Positions 29,236 through 38,054 of a stretch of DNA of 64,000 nt are shown here, one piece after another. Numbering within the stretch: position 1 is the stretch's first letter; every line of letters begins with the position of its first letter. The notes below the pieces were generated by a model that worked only from the letters and a program-made list of their open reading frames with translations, was not told where the DNA came from and did no database searches. The stretch is from Candidatus Entotheonellaceae bacterium (GTDB lineage: Bacteria; Tectomicrobia; Entotheonellia; Entotheonellales; Entotheonellaceae). A program made the position numbers and the translations under genes. The DNA lies in the NCBI GenBank assembly GCA_965238075.1, contig OZ250173.1, positions 2,048,001-2,112,000 of the forward strand, read 5' to 3'.

Positions 29236-30516
29236 GGGCGCCTCGAAAAATGACTCACTGGCGGGCAAAACTGGCGTGAGTGACTTTGCCGCGCCATGGC
29301 GACAGAGAATAAACGGCGGTTTGCGTGGTGATGTCGCTCCTCAACAGGAGCCATGGCGCCTTCAAAGAGGGCATCCGGCACCCCCCTGCGCCCTTTAGCG
29401 TGAATCCACCATCGCCAGACGTTGCAAGTGAACCAGGCGCCGCATGTTGTAGGCAAGGTTCTTAAGACCTATGCGCGCCCTCGCCCGTACAAGCCCCATG
29501 CTGCGAACCAGAGTCCCGCCCATGTCGTTGTGCTGCGCGCCGAAGACATGCTCTATCCGAGCCCGAAATCGGGAACGACTCTGGTTGCCCGCTTTCTCCC
29601 AATCGCGCAACGGGCGGTTGCGAGAAGCCTTGCGATGAATCCGACTCGTCAAGCCCCTGGCTTTCACCTTCGCTTCAGTGTCTTTCGACCGGTAGGCGCT
29701 GTCCGCCCAGACACCGCTTGCCGTGTTGTCCGACGCCAACAACTCCTCAAGCACTTGGCTGTCATGCACCGCTGCGTCCGTCACCCGGTAACGCCGTATC
29801 AGCTTGTGCCGACGGTCGATGTTGACGTGATTCTTGTAGCCATAGTGGCTCTTGCCGTGCTTCTTGGTCCAGCGCGCATCCCTGTCTTTTTGCCGACGCT
29901 TGGCCGGCTTGTCGGCCCAGGCCTCGGGTAGCTCACCGCGCTTGATCTGCTCATTGTCGTCACGACGATTGCGCTGGATGGGAACCGCGACAATCGAAGC
30001 ATCTATGATCTGACCACCCATTGCCTGGTAGCCCTGGTTTTTCAGGTAGCCGTCGAAATCCTCAAACAAGGCATCGATGAGGCCAGCCTGTGACAACTGC
30101 TCGCGGTAGAGCCACACGGTTTTGGCGTCCGGCACCTTGTCTTCAAGTGCCAGTCCCAAGAAGCGCACGAAGGACAGGCGGTCGTGATACTCGACTTGAT
30201 CATCCGACAGATTGTAGAGGGCGCACAAAATGATGGCTTTGAACATGACGATGGCATCCCACGGCTTGCACCCCGAATTGGACTTGCGCTTGTCGGCTGG
30301 CTTGCGCCAGACGTTCTCCAGGCGGCTGCGGAATGCTTCCCAAGGAACGACGGCATTGATTTTCACCAAGGGATCGTTCTTGGCATCCAGAGCGGCGTAG
30401 CGATTCTCGACATCGAAAAAGCCCATCTGAGACATGTTCAACTCCTCCGGCCTTGCTGGTTGACGTGTTTCAGTAATTCTAAACCATGTGGGAGATGGGT
30501 ATTATTAGAGATGCCC
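29236..30516 (-). mobile_element. IS5-family insertion sequence, 1281 bp
   Basis: Imperfect terminal IRs GGGCGCCTCGAAAAAT / GGGCATCTCTAATAAT; TGAA target duplication at 29232-29235 and 30517-30520. Confidence 0.9.
29395..30441 (-). CDS. IS5-family DDE transposase
   Basis: VPDAKTVW, IIDASIV, DARWTKK, GYKNH, HDSQ, ADSAY, RARIEHVFG, NLAYN. Confidence 0.95.
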   Translation of the reverse strand: MNMSQMGFFDVENRYAALDAKNDPLVKINAVVPWEAFRSRLENVWRKPADKRKSNSGCKPWDAIVMFKAIILCALYNLSDDQVEYHDRLSFVRFLGLALEDKVPDAKTVWLYREQLSQAGLIDALFEDFDGYLKNQGYQAMGGQIIDASIVAVPIQRNRRDDNEQIKRGELPEAWADKPAKRRQKDRDARWTKKHGKSHYGYKNHVNIDRRHKLIRRYRVTDAAVHDSQVLEELLASDNTASGVWADSAYRSKDTEAKVKARGLTSRIHRKASRNRPLRDWEKAGNQSRSRFRARIEHVFGAQHNDMGGTLVRSMGLVRARARIGLKNLAYNMRRLVHLQRLAMVDSR

Positions 30517-30847
30517 TGAATTCATAACCGAGACACATGCCCATAAATTTGTCAGCATAATGTCCCCATAATGCAGGATTTTTATATGTCTCGCTAAAAC
30601 AGATCACGCCATAATCTGTCGCTAGACCCTTCTGGAATTTTAACACTCCCTTTTCAAACTCGCGATCGGGGAAGGCGATTGCTAAGAATTCGTAGGGATC
30701 GTTTGTCTTGTCCAGGTCGGAAATTTTCAGTCGGCTCCTTTCTATAGCCTGCAAGGCATGCTCTGTGCGCAGAAAATGATATAACCATTGTGTCTTCGGC
30801 ATCTACGTTCCTTCCCCTCCCGTGGAAATTTACGACTGGCCCTCCCA

Positions 30848-30876
30848 ACTTCCGATAAGACTATTATATGTAAACT
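30848..30876 (+). other. dif-like XerC/XerD recombination site 2
   Basis: ACTTCCGATAA-GACTATT-ATATGTAAACT; left arm 10/11 identical to site 1; spacer one base longer than canonical. Confidence 0.6.
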
Positions 30877-31174
30877 TTCGCATGCGCTGAAACTCGTATA
30901 GATGCTGGCTTTGCGCGTTTCGGCGGATGCGCCGAGGCGACTTCCCCACCGGAAAGGGCGATTTTGGCCGTTTCCGGTGAAAGCGGTGGGGCGGCCATGA
31001 ACCTGAAGGGCTTTCCTGCACCCCTCAGTGGGGTATTCGTGGGAGTTTCGCGGCGTCGCGCTTCAAGACCGGACGCGGGTCGCAGACCCCAGCAGCAGCC
31101 CGGAAACGGCAGGGATTTCCCACTCCAGGGGTACAACGCCGCCGTCACGACAAGTAAGCGCACAGAGATGCCGC

Positions 31175-32176
31175 TCACGCCCAGGGCAGGAACACGGTGG
31201 CGCCTGTGGTCTCTCGCGCTTCGAGCGCCCGGTGTGCCTCGGCGGCCTCCGCGAGCGGATAGACGTGGTTCACGGCGGGCCGCACGACCCCCTGCGCGAG
31301 AACCTCGAATAGTTCTTCCCCGCTGCGCTCCAGGGCGTCGCGCGTCCCGAGGTAGTGCATGATCGCGGGACGGGTGAGAAAGAGCGATCCGCGCGCGCCG
31401 AGCTCGATGACGTCGACGGGATCGGGCGGGCCGGAGGCGTGGCCGTAGCTCGCCATCATGCCGAGCGGGCGCAGGCAATCGAGTGACCGGCGGAACGTGT
31501 CCTTGCCGATTGATTCGTAGACGACGGCGCAGCCTTCGCCGTTCGTCACTTCGCGGACGGTGGCGACGAAATCCCCCGCGCTGTGGATGACGACATGCTC
31601 CGCACCCGACGCACGCGCCTCCTCTGCTTTCGCCGCCGAGCTTACGGTGCCGATGACGGTCGCCCCGAGATGCCTCGCCCACTGGCAGAGGAGCAGACCC
31701 GTGGCACCCGCCGCGGCGTGGACGAGCACGACGTCGCCCCGCTCTACGCGGTACGTCCGCCGCACGAGGTATTGCACGGTCAGGCCCTTGAGCATCGAGG
31801 CGGCGAGGATGCGGTCGTCGAGATGGTCGAGGGAAGCCGGCACCTTGAGGAGATTCGCGGCGGGGTAGTTGCGTACTTGGCTGTAGGCCCCGTGGGGCGG
31901 TAGGGCATAGGCGACCCGGTCTCCCACCGCAAACCCGGTGACACCGGTTCCGGCTTCCTCGACGCGGCCGGCGCCTTCGAAGCCGAGCACGACCGGCAGC
32001 GGCGGCACCGGCCAGGGGTGCGGTATGCCGCGGCGGTGATAGGTATCGACGAAGTTGAGCCCGACCGCCTCGTTGCGCAGCCGAACCTCGCCGGGACCCG
32101 GTGCCGGTACGTCGATGGCCTCCCAGCGCAACACGTCGGGCGCTCCTTTCTTATGGATCACCGCTGCCATCGGCAT
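31175..32176 (-). CDS. Quinone oxidoreductase (zeta-crystallin/MDR family)
   Basis: GLNFVD, LGFEGAG, HAAAGATG, GSLFLTRP. Confidence 0.9.
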   Translation of the reverse strand: MPMAAVIHKKGAPDVLRWEAIDVPAPGPGEVRLRNEAVGLNFVDTYHRRGIPHPWPVPPLPVVLGFEGAGRVEEAGTGVTGFAVGDRVAYALPPHGAYSQVRNYPAANLLKVPASLDHLDDRILAASMLKGLTVQYLVRRTYRVERGDVVLVHAAAGATGLLLCQWARHLGATVIGTVSSAAKAEEARASGAEHVVIHSAGDFVATVREVTNGEGCAVVYESIGKDTFRRSLDCLRPLGMMASYGHASGPPDPVDVIELGARGSLFLTRPAIMHYLGTRDALERSGEELFEVLAQGVVRPAVNHVYPLAEAAEAHRALEARETTGATVFLPWA

Positions 32177-32231
32177 CGTTTGCTTTCCTCCTGCGTTATT
32201 CAATCCTTCACCAGAGCAGGAAATTCGGGCA

Positions 32232-33404
32232 TCAAGGCGTGGTGGCGCGCATCGAGCCCGGGTGTCCGGGCAGCGCCAGCTTGCGGCCCGTGTCGATAAT
32301 CTGACCGTCCTGCACCTTGAAAACGCTCACATCGGCATCCAACAGGTTGGCGACCAGCAGCCAGCGGCCATCCGGGCTGAAGGCCAGCGCTTCGGGAACG
32401 CCGCCGGCCGGCAGTTCCGCCACGTGGCGCACGCCCGAATCGCTGATCTCGAACACCTGGATGCAGCCCGGGCTGCGCAGAAACCAGGCGTCCGGCGGCG
32501 CGTCGCTGCCGCACAGATTGCCGGTCACCGCCAGGCGGCTGTCCGGGCTGATGGTGATGCCCTCCGGCGCGTCGCCCGCCGCCAGGTGGTCGATGACGCG
32601 CGGCGGATTGTGCTGCAAGTCGATCACGGTGATCGAGTCGATGTTACCGTCGGAGCGCCCGTTGTTGCCCGTGTTGGCCACGATGGCCAGGCGTCCGTCG
32701 GGGGTGATGTCGGCGTTGTACGGGTAATCGCCAACCGCCAGGTCCGGCCCGACGAGGGTGACCTCGGCGCCGTCGATGGCCAGAAATGAGACCTGATCCG
32801 TGCTGGCCTTGTTGATCATGGCGCGTTTGCCGTCCGGGGTGAACGCCACGTGGGTAACCTGATCGCCCGTTTCCACCGTGCCCTCGAAACGCACCTGCTT
32901 GCCCGCGATGCTGAGCACCGACACGGACGTCTCGGCGCGGTTGGCGATGATCGCCAGGCGCCCGTCGGGGCTGATGGCCATGCCGGAGGGTTGGCGGCCC
33001 ACGGTGAGGGTGTCGATGACCCGCGGCGGGTTCGCCTCCAGGTCGATGACGTGCAGTTTGTCGCTGGGCATGAACTTCGGCGGCGAGGCGTCGGGATCGA
33101 TCCTCACGGCTTCCGCCACCAGCGCCAGGCGGTTGTCCGCGGTGACGGCCAAGTTGGTCGGCGGACCAAAGATGCTGTTCGGCACCTCAACGGTGGCGCG
33201 CAGCGTCGGGCCGTCCGGGCCGATGTCGATGACGGACACGGATTGCACACCCTGCGGGTCGATCTGCAGCTTGCCGTCGACGACCAGGGCCTTGTTGTCG
33301 TTGCCCGCGATGACCACCTGCGCCAGCGGGGTCGAGGGGAATTGGACGGCCAGCGCAACGGCCAGCGGTGCCAGCAGCCAACGAATGCTTGGAATGGTTC
33401 TCAT
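32232..33404 (-). CDS. Secreted YncE/YVTN-type beta-propeller protein
   Basis: Signal peptide; repeated P.G.A.SPDGR blades. Confidence 0.8.
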   Translation of the reverse strand: MRTIPSIRWLLAPLAVALAVQFPSTPLAQVVIAGNDNKALVVDGKLQIDPQGVQSVSVIDIGPDGPTLRATVEVPNSIFGPPTNLAVTADNRLALVAEAVRIDPDASPPKFMPSDKLHVIDLEANPPRVIDTLTVGRQPSGMAISPDGRLAIIANRAETSVSVLSIAGKQVRFEGTVETGDQVTHVAFTPDGKRAMINKASTDQVSFLAIDGAEVTLVGPDLAVGDYPYNADITPDGRLAIVANTGNNGRSDGNIDSITVIDLQHNPPRVIDHLAAGDAPEGITISPDSRLAVTGNLCGSDAPPDAWFLRSPGCIQVFEISDSGVRHVAELPAGGVPEALAFSPDGRWLLVANLLDADVSVFKVQDGQIIDTGRKLALPGHPGSMRATTP

Positions 33405-33576
33405 AGTGGTGGGACTCCTTCAGCCAAATGCCGCGCGATGTTTTCTTTGGGGTCGTTTCAGGGCGGCGATTATAGCACGCCGGGATGCGGTCGCCTCTGG
33501 CGGTTGGCGTCCCCGTCCCCTATGATGGGCGCCTTTTCGTTACCGAATGGGGCACTCATCACAGAAGGGGGAACGT

Positions 33577-34365
33577 ATGGATCGGGTAGCTGCCGCGGCC
33601 GACTTCCTGGCGGAACTGCGGCGTACACGGAGCGTTGCGCAGGCGCTGCCGGAAACCTGCCGACCGGTGGAAGCGTCCGAAGCCTACGCTGTGCAGGCCG
33701 CCCTCGTCGAGCGGCTCCTGGCGCCGTCGCACGGGCACGCGGTGGGCTACAAAGTGGCGTGCACCAACAAGCTGGCGCAAGACCTGTTGCGCGTCGACGG
33801 GCCGTTCTGCGGCCGGCTGTTGTCACCGACGGTCTATGCGCCGCCGGCCCGCTTGCCTGCTGGCGACTTCGTGCACCGTATCCTCGAAGCGGAATTCGCC
33901 TTTGAGATGGCCGACACGGTGCCCGCCGCCGCCGAGCCCTACACCGCGGAATCCATTGCCCCCTTCGTGGCTGCCATCCTGCCGGCTATCGAGATTGTCG
34001 ATTGGCACTACGTGGACTGGACTGCGGCCGGGGCGCTGTCGCTGATTGCCGACAACGCCATCCACGGCGCCTGGATCGTCGGTGAGCCGTACGCGGCGTG
34101 GCGCGATCTGGATTTGGCCACGCACGACGTGCGGCTCATCGTCAACGGGCAGGTCATTACGCAAGGCAACGGCGCCGCGGTGCTGGGGCATCCGCTCAAC
34201 GTGATGGCGTGGCTGGCCAATGAGTTGCCCAAATACGGCGGCGCCCTCAAGGCCGGCGACCGGATCAGCACCGGCGTGTGCACGGACGTCTACGAGGGCA
34301 AGGCGGGCGACAGCGTGCGGGCCGATTTCGGCGTCCTGGGCGGAGTCGATCTGGTCTTCGATTAG
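33577..34365 (+). CDS. 2-keto-4-pentenoate hydratase-like (FAH family)
   Basis: GYKVACT, EAEFAF, PAIEIVD, ADNA, LGHPL..MAWLAN, STG. Confidence 0.9.
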   Translation: MDRVAAAADFLAELRRTRSVAQALPETCRPVEASEAYAVQAALVERLLAPSHGHAVGYKVACTNKLAQDLLRVDGPFCGRLLSPTVYAPPARLPAGDFVHRILEAEFAFEMADTVPAAAEPYTAESIAPFVAAILPAIEIVDWHYVDWTAAGALSLIADNAIHGAWIVGEPYAAWRDLDLATHDVRLIVNGQVITQGNGAAVLGHPLNVMAWLANELPKYGGALKAGDRISTGVCTDVYEGKAGDSVRADFGVLGGVDLVFD

Positions 34366-34378
34366 CCGGGGGGAATGG

Positions 34379-34936
34379 GTGCGCGTCACGGTTGCAAGTT
34401 GCGGCATTTTGGTTGCATTGCTGGTTTTCAACGCCTTCAGTCCCCTGGCGGCGCAGGAACGCCCGCACATTCCATCCGAATCACGGCAGGAAGCGTTGTG
34501 GCAATACGCAGTGAGGCTCGGCAAGGGCAACGGCCTTATCGGGCGGCCGGCCATTCGCCTGGTGGAGCTCGACAAGGGCGCCGCCATGGCCGACCTTCGG
34601 AAGGGCGAGGTGCATCTGCACCCGGTGCACGCTTTTTCCGGCGTGTCACGTATCGTCGAGCTTTATCTGGCGCACGAATACCTGCATTTCGTGCTGTATT
34701 ACAAGGGCATTCCCGCCGCCGTGCAGCACTGCTGGATGGCCCGTAAGCGCATCGAAAGCACGCTGACGTTCGATTTTCTCGACCGCATCGACCGGCATGG
34801 CACGCTGCGGCGCTCCATGCTCAGGCACGCCACCTTTATTTCCTGGAAGTGGCGCCAGCAGTGCCAGGAGACCAGCGGCTGGTGGCACCCTCGGGTCTTA
34901 CGCCAGGGAATAGACGTACCGCGCTTGGCGAACTAA
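34379..34936 (+). CDS. Exported hypothetical protein with an HExxH motif
   Basis: GTG start, signal peptide ending LAA-Q, LAHEYLH. Confidence 0.5.
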   Translation: MRVTVASCGILVALLVFNAFSPLAAQERPHIPSESRQEALWQYAVRLGKGNGLIGRPAIRLVELDKGAAMADLRKGEVHLHPVHAFSGVSRIVELYLAHEYLHFVLYYKGIPAAVQHCWMARKRIESTLTFDFLDRIDRHGTLRRSMLRHATFISWKWRQQCQETSGWWHPRVLRQGIDVPRLAN

Positions 34937-34963
34937 AGTGGCTTCATCGGGAGGACCGAACAG

Positions 34964-35191
34964 ATGGATGATGTCCTGACCCTGACCCAGATCGAGGCGC
35001 AATTCGCGTCGGAGTGGGTGCTCGTAGAAGATCCGCAGACCAATGAAGCCCTGGAAGTGCAGAGTGGCAAGGTGCGCTGGCATAGCAAGGACCGAGATGA
35101 GGTCTATCGCAAAGCTGTGGTGTTGTGCCCCAAACGGTTTGCCATTCTGTATACCGGCACAATGCCGCAAGGCACGGCAATCGTCTTATGA
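34964..35191 (+). CDS. Small DUF5678-like protein
   Basis: EWVLV, G.V..HSKDRDEVY, ILYTG; RBS GGAGG. Confidence 0.6.
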   Translation: MDDVLTLTQIEAQFASEWVLVEDPQTNEALEVQSGKVRWHSKDRDEVYRKAVVLCPKRFAILYTGTMPQGTAIVL

Positions 35192-35570
35192 GTTTCCCCT
35201 TCGATCCTCAACGGGGATTGATCACTGTCCGTGCAGAGTTGTGGGGGCCGACTGGCAGCGCCGTACTCGTCTCGCCATCGACACTGGAGCGACGGGCACG
35301 GTAGTTAACGTCGGTATGTTGGTTGCCATTGGCTACGACCCGGCATTGGTGCCACACCGCGTCCAAGTGACCACGGGAAGCGGTGTTGAGTTTGCGCCAC
35401 GCGTCGTGCTCGACCGAATTATGGCTTTGGGGCAGAAACGTACGGGGTTTTCAGTTCTGGGCCACACCTTGCCACCCAGTGCGGGTGTCGATGGCCTGCT
35501 CGGTCTCGATTCCTTTTCTGGGCGGTGTTTGACTATTGATTTTCGTGCTGGACACGTAACACTTACCTGA
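35188..35570 (+). pseudogene. Retropepsin-like aspartyl protease with a 1-bp frameshift near 35267
   Basis: ATGA-coupled start MSFPFDPQRGLI; DTGA and DGLLGLD motifs lie in a different frame; span is 383 bp. Confidence 0.8.
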
Positions 35571-35692
35571 AAGCGTTAAAACGCGAGGCATTTCAGGTCT
35601 CTTTTGCACCGGCAGGGCGTCGTCGGCATACTGGGCCGCCTTGGCCCCTGTGCCATCGGATCGTACAGAGCGAAGAATGGAGAGAGCTGACC

Positions 35693-36472
35693 ATGGCATA
35701 CGAATTTGTTACCTATGAGAAAAAAGGCCGCATCGCGACGGTGACGATCAACCGTCCGGAGCGCATGAACGCCCTGCATCCGCCCGCCAACCTTGAGCTT
35801 CACGACGTCTGGAGCGACTTTCAGGACGATCCCGAGGTGTGGATCGGCATCCTTACCGGCAGCGGCGACAGGGCGTTTTCGGCGGGCAACGATCTGAAAT
35901 ACACGGCCGAACACGGCCTGGGCGGGGTACGCGTCGGCGAGAGTGGCTTCGGCGGCTTGGCCAAGCGCACGAATTGCTGGAAGCCGATCATCGCCGCGGT
36001 CAATGGCTTCGCACTCGGCGGCGGCTTCGAGATGGCGTTGGCGTGCGACATCATCATCGCCGCCGATCACGCCCGCCTCGGCCTGCCCGAACCGCGCGTC
36101 GGGCTGATGGCGGGCGCCGGCGGGGTGCACCGGCTGCCGCGCATGATGCCGCAGAAAATCGCCATGGGCTACATCCTGACCGGCCGCCACATGACGGCGC
36201 AGGAAGCGCACCGCTGGGGCGTCGTCAACGAGGTGGTGCCGCTTGCCGACCTCATGCCTACCGTCCATCGCTGGGCGCAGGACATCCTGGAGGGTGCGCC
36301 GCTGTCCATCCGGGCCAGCAAGCAGGCGGCGATGATGGGGCTTGGCCATCCGCTGGAAATCGCCCTCAACCTGGAGTACACCCAGAATACCGTTATGCGG
36401 CGTTCCGAGGACATCGTCGAGGGGCCGAAAGCCTTTGCCGAGAAACGCAAGCCCAACTGGAAGGGCCGCTAA
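35693..36472 (+). CDS. Enoyl-CoA hydratase/isomerase family (CaiD-like)
   Basis: NRPERMNAL, FSAGNDL, AVNGFALGGGFE, LPEPRVG. Confidence 0.92.
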   Translation: MAYEFVTYEKKGRIATVTINRPERMNALHPPANLELHDVWSDFQDDPEVWIGILTGSGDRAFSAGNDLKYTAEHGLGGVRVGESGFGGLAKRTNCWKPIIAAVNGFALGGGFEMALACDIIIAADHARLGLPEPRVGLMAGAGGVHRLPRMMPQKIAMGYILTGRHMTAQEAHRWGVVNEVVPLADLMPTVHRWAQDILEGAPLSIRASKQAAMMGLGHPLEIALNLEYTQNTVMRRSEDIVEGPKAFAEKRKPNWKGR

Positions 36473-36497
36473 GGGCGTCCCTGCTGCGAGAGGAAAG

Positions 36498-37526
36498 ATG
36501 AGCGATCTGCTGCTTCCCACCACCGTCGTCGGCAGCCATGCCTACCCAGGCTGGTTCTTCACTGCCCTTGAGGAAATCGAGCAGGGCCGCTATGGCAGCA
36601 CCGATGCCCGCGAGGCTGTGGACGACGCGGTCAACGCCGCCATCCTGGACCAGGAGCGCGCCGGCGTGGACATCATCTCGGACGGCGAAATGCGCCGCTG
36701 GTACTTCGTGCAGAGCTTCTACCGCCGCATGGAGGGCCTTGAGCGCCTGCCGGAACTGCGCAAGACGGGCGTTTATGGCTACGACATGCCGCCGCGCTAC
36801 CGTCCGGTCGAGCCTGTGACCGTGCCGCAGGGGCTGGGCATTGTCGAGGAGGCGCGTTACGCCCGTCAGGTCGCGCGGCATCCCCTCAAGGTGACCTGTC
36901 CGGGTCCCTTGACCCTGAGCATCCACATTCAGACCCGCGACCAGTCGTTTTACAAAGACCGCCTGGAACTGTGCTGGTCTTTCGTGCCGGTGATCAACGC
37001 CGAGCTCAAGGCACTGGTGGCTGAGGGGATTGACTTGCTGCAGATCGACGAGCCCTCTTACGCCATCGTCCCCGGTACGGCCAAGGATTACCTCGACCTG
37101 TACAACGCCACCGTTGCCGGGGTGGAGGCCAAAATTGCCCTGCACGTGTGTTTCGGCAATCTGGGCAGCCGGCCGCGCGGCCCGCGGCGTTATGCGCCGC
37201 TGTTTCCCACCTTTCATGAGGCGCGGGCGGATCAGTTCGTGCTGGAGTTCGCCAACCGCGAGATGAAGGAGATCGAGCGCGTCAGGGAGTTCTGCGAAGG
37301 GCGTGAAGTGGGGCTGGGCGTCGTGGACGTGAAATCGTTCTACGTGGAGCCGGTGGAGGAGATCGCTGCCCGGATTCGTGAGGGCTTGCAGTACATCGGG
37401 CCTGAAAAGGTGTTCATCAATCCCGACTGCGGCTTTTTTCAACTGCCGCGTTGGCTCGCCGTGTTGAAACTGCGGCGCATGGTGGAAGCTACCCAATTGG
37501 TACGGCGTGAGCTGACCGGCGGGTAG
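36498..37526 (+). CDS. Cobalamin-independent methionine synthase II family (single catalytic barrel)
   Basis: TTVVGS, DGEMRR, QIDEP, HVCFGN, LEF, NPDCG. Confidence 0.85.
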   Translation: MSDLLLPTTVVGSHAYPGWFFTALEEIEQGRYGSTDAREAVDDAVNAAILDQERAGVDIISDGEMRRWYFVQSFYRRMEGLERLPELRKTGVYGYDMPPRYRPVEPVTVPQGLGIVEEARYARQVARHPLKVTCPGPLTLSIHIQTRDQSFYKDRLELCWSFVPVINAELKALVAEGIDLLQIDEPSYAIVPGTAKDYLDLYNATVAGVEAKIALHVCFGNLGSRPRGPRRYAPLFPTFHEARADQFVLEFANREMKEIERVREFCEGREVGLGVVDVKSFYVEPVEEIAARIREGLQYIGPEKVFINPDCGFFQLPRWLAVLKLRRMVEATQLVRRELTGG

Positions 37527-37542
37527 GGAATTTTCGTGTCAT

Positions 37543-37572
37543 GTAGATCGGATTAGCAAAGCGTAATCCGAC
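37543..37572 (+). repeat. GTAG-type REP element, copy 2
   Basis: GTAGATCGGATTAGCAAAGCGTAATCCGAC. Confidence 0.85.
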
Positions 37573-37597
37573 ATTCCACTGAGATGAGACGCAGAAC

Positions 37598-37989
37598 CTA
37601 CCTGAAGATCATGTCCTTCATAATCATCCCGAGAAAGCCGAAGGCAATGAAGAAGTAGAGACCTACCAGCCACGAGCGAATTTGTATAACGCTCTGGTTC
37701 AGTTCGTTGAAGCGTTGATTCATCGTCAGCGTTTGTCGTCGAAGCGTTTGTCCACCTGCTCGAAGCGTTTGTCCACCTGCTCGAAGCGTTTGTCCACCTG
37801 CTCGAAGCGCTCATAGATGGCGCTAATGGCAGCGCGCAGTTCAACGACGTCCGCCTTGGTGGCGACCTGGGCGGCAATCGCCGCACTCAGCGCCTCATCG
37901 AGCTCTTCGACGAGAACCTGCGCCTGGGTCTCAGGCATGCCGCTGTCCGACAGCTTGGTTTTCAGTCTTAGTGTGTCAACGACGGGCAT
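37598..37989 (-). pseudogene. DUF1640/CCDC90-like coiled-coil membrane protein with a frameshift near 37733
   Basis: DTL..KL..SGMPE.QA, ATKAD, heptad repeats; the TM tail (MNQRF...WLVGLYFFIAFGFLGMI) continues in another frame to TAG at 37598-37600. Confidence 0.75.
37739..37809. repeat. 21-bp coding tandem repeat, about 3.4 copies (RFEQVDK)
   Basis: TCGAAGCGTTTGTCCACCTGC three times exactly, plus a partial unit. Confidence 0.95.
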
Positions 37990-38054
37990 TGGGTGACTCC
38001 TCGGACGGCTGGAAAAGTCTGGTAGGACACTCTATCACAGAGAGGCTCTGGAAA

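Larger units (their letters stand above)
28801..30802 (-). pseudogene. DUF2971-family gene interrupted by an IS5-family element
   Basis: NDPYE, CFSE...LWGHYAD...GMCLGY, KSYNWEYEEEWR; removing the IS and one TGAA gives a 717-bp intact ORF. Confidence 0.85.

Noticed and set aside
37739-37809. 21-bp repeats as a CRISPR array
   Set aside because: Head-to-tail with no spacers, in frame in a coiled-coil gene, and no cas genes nearby.
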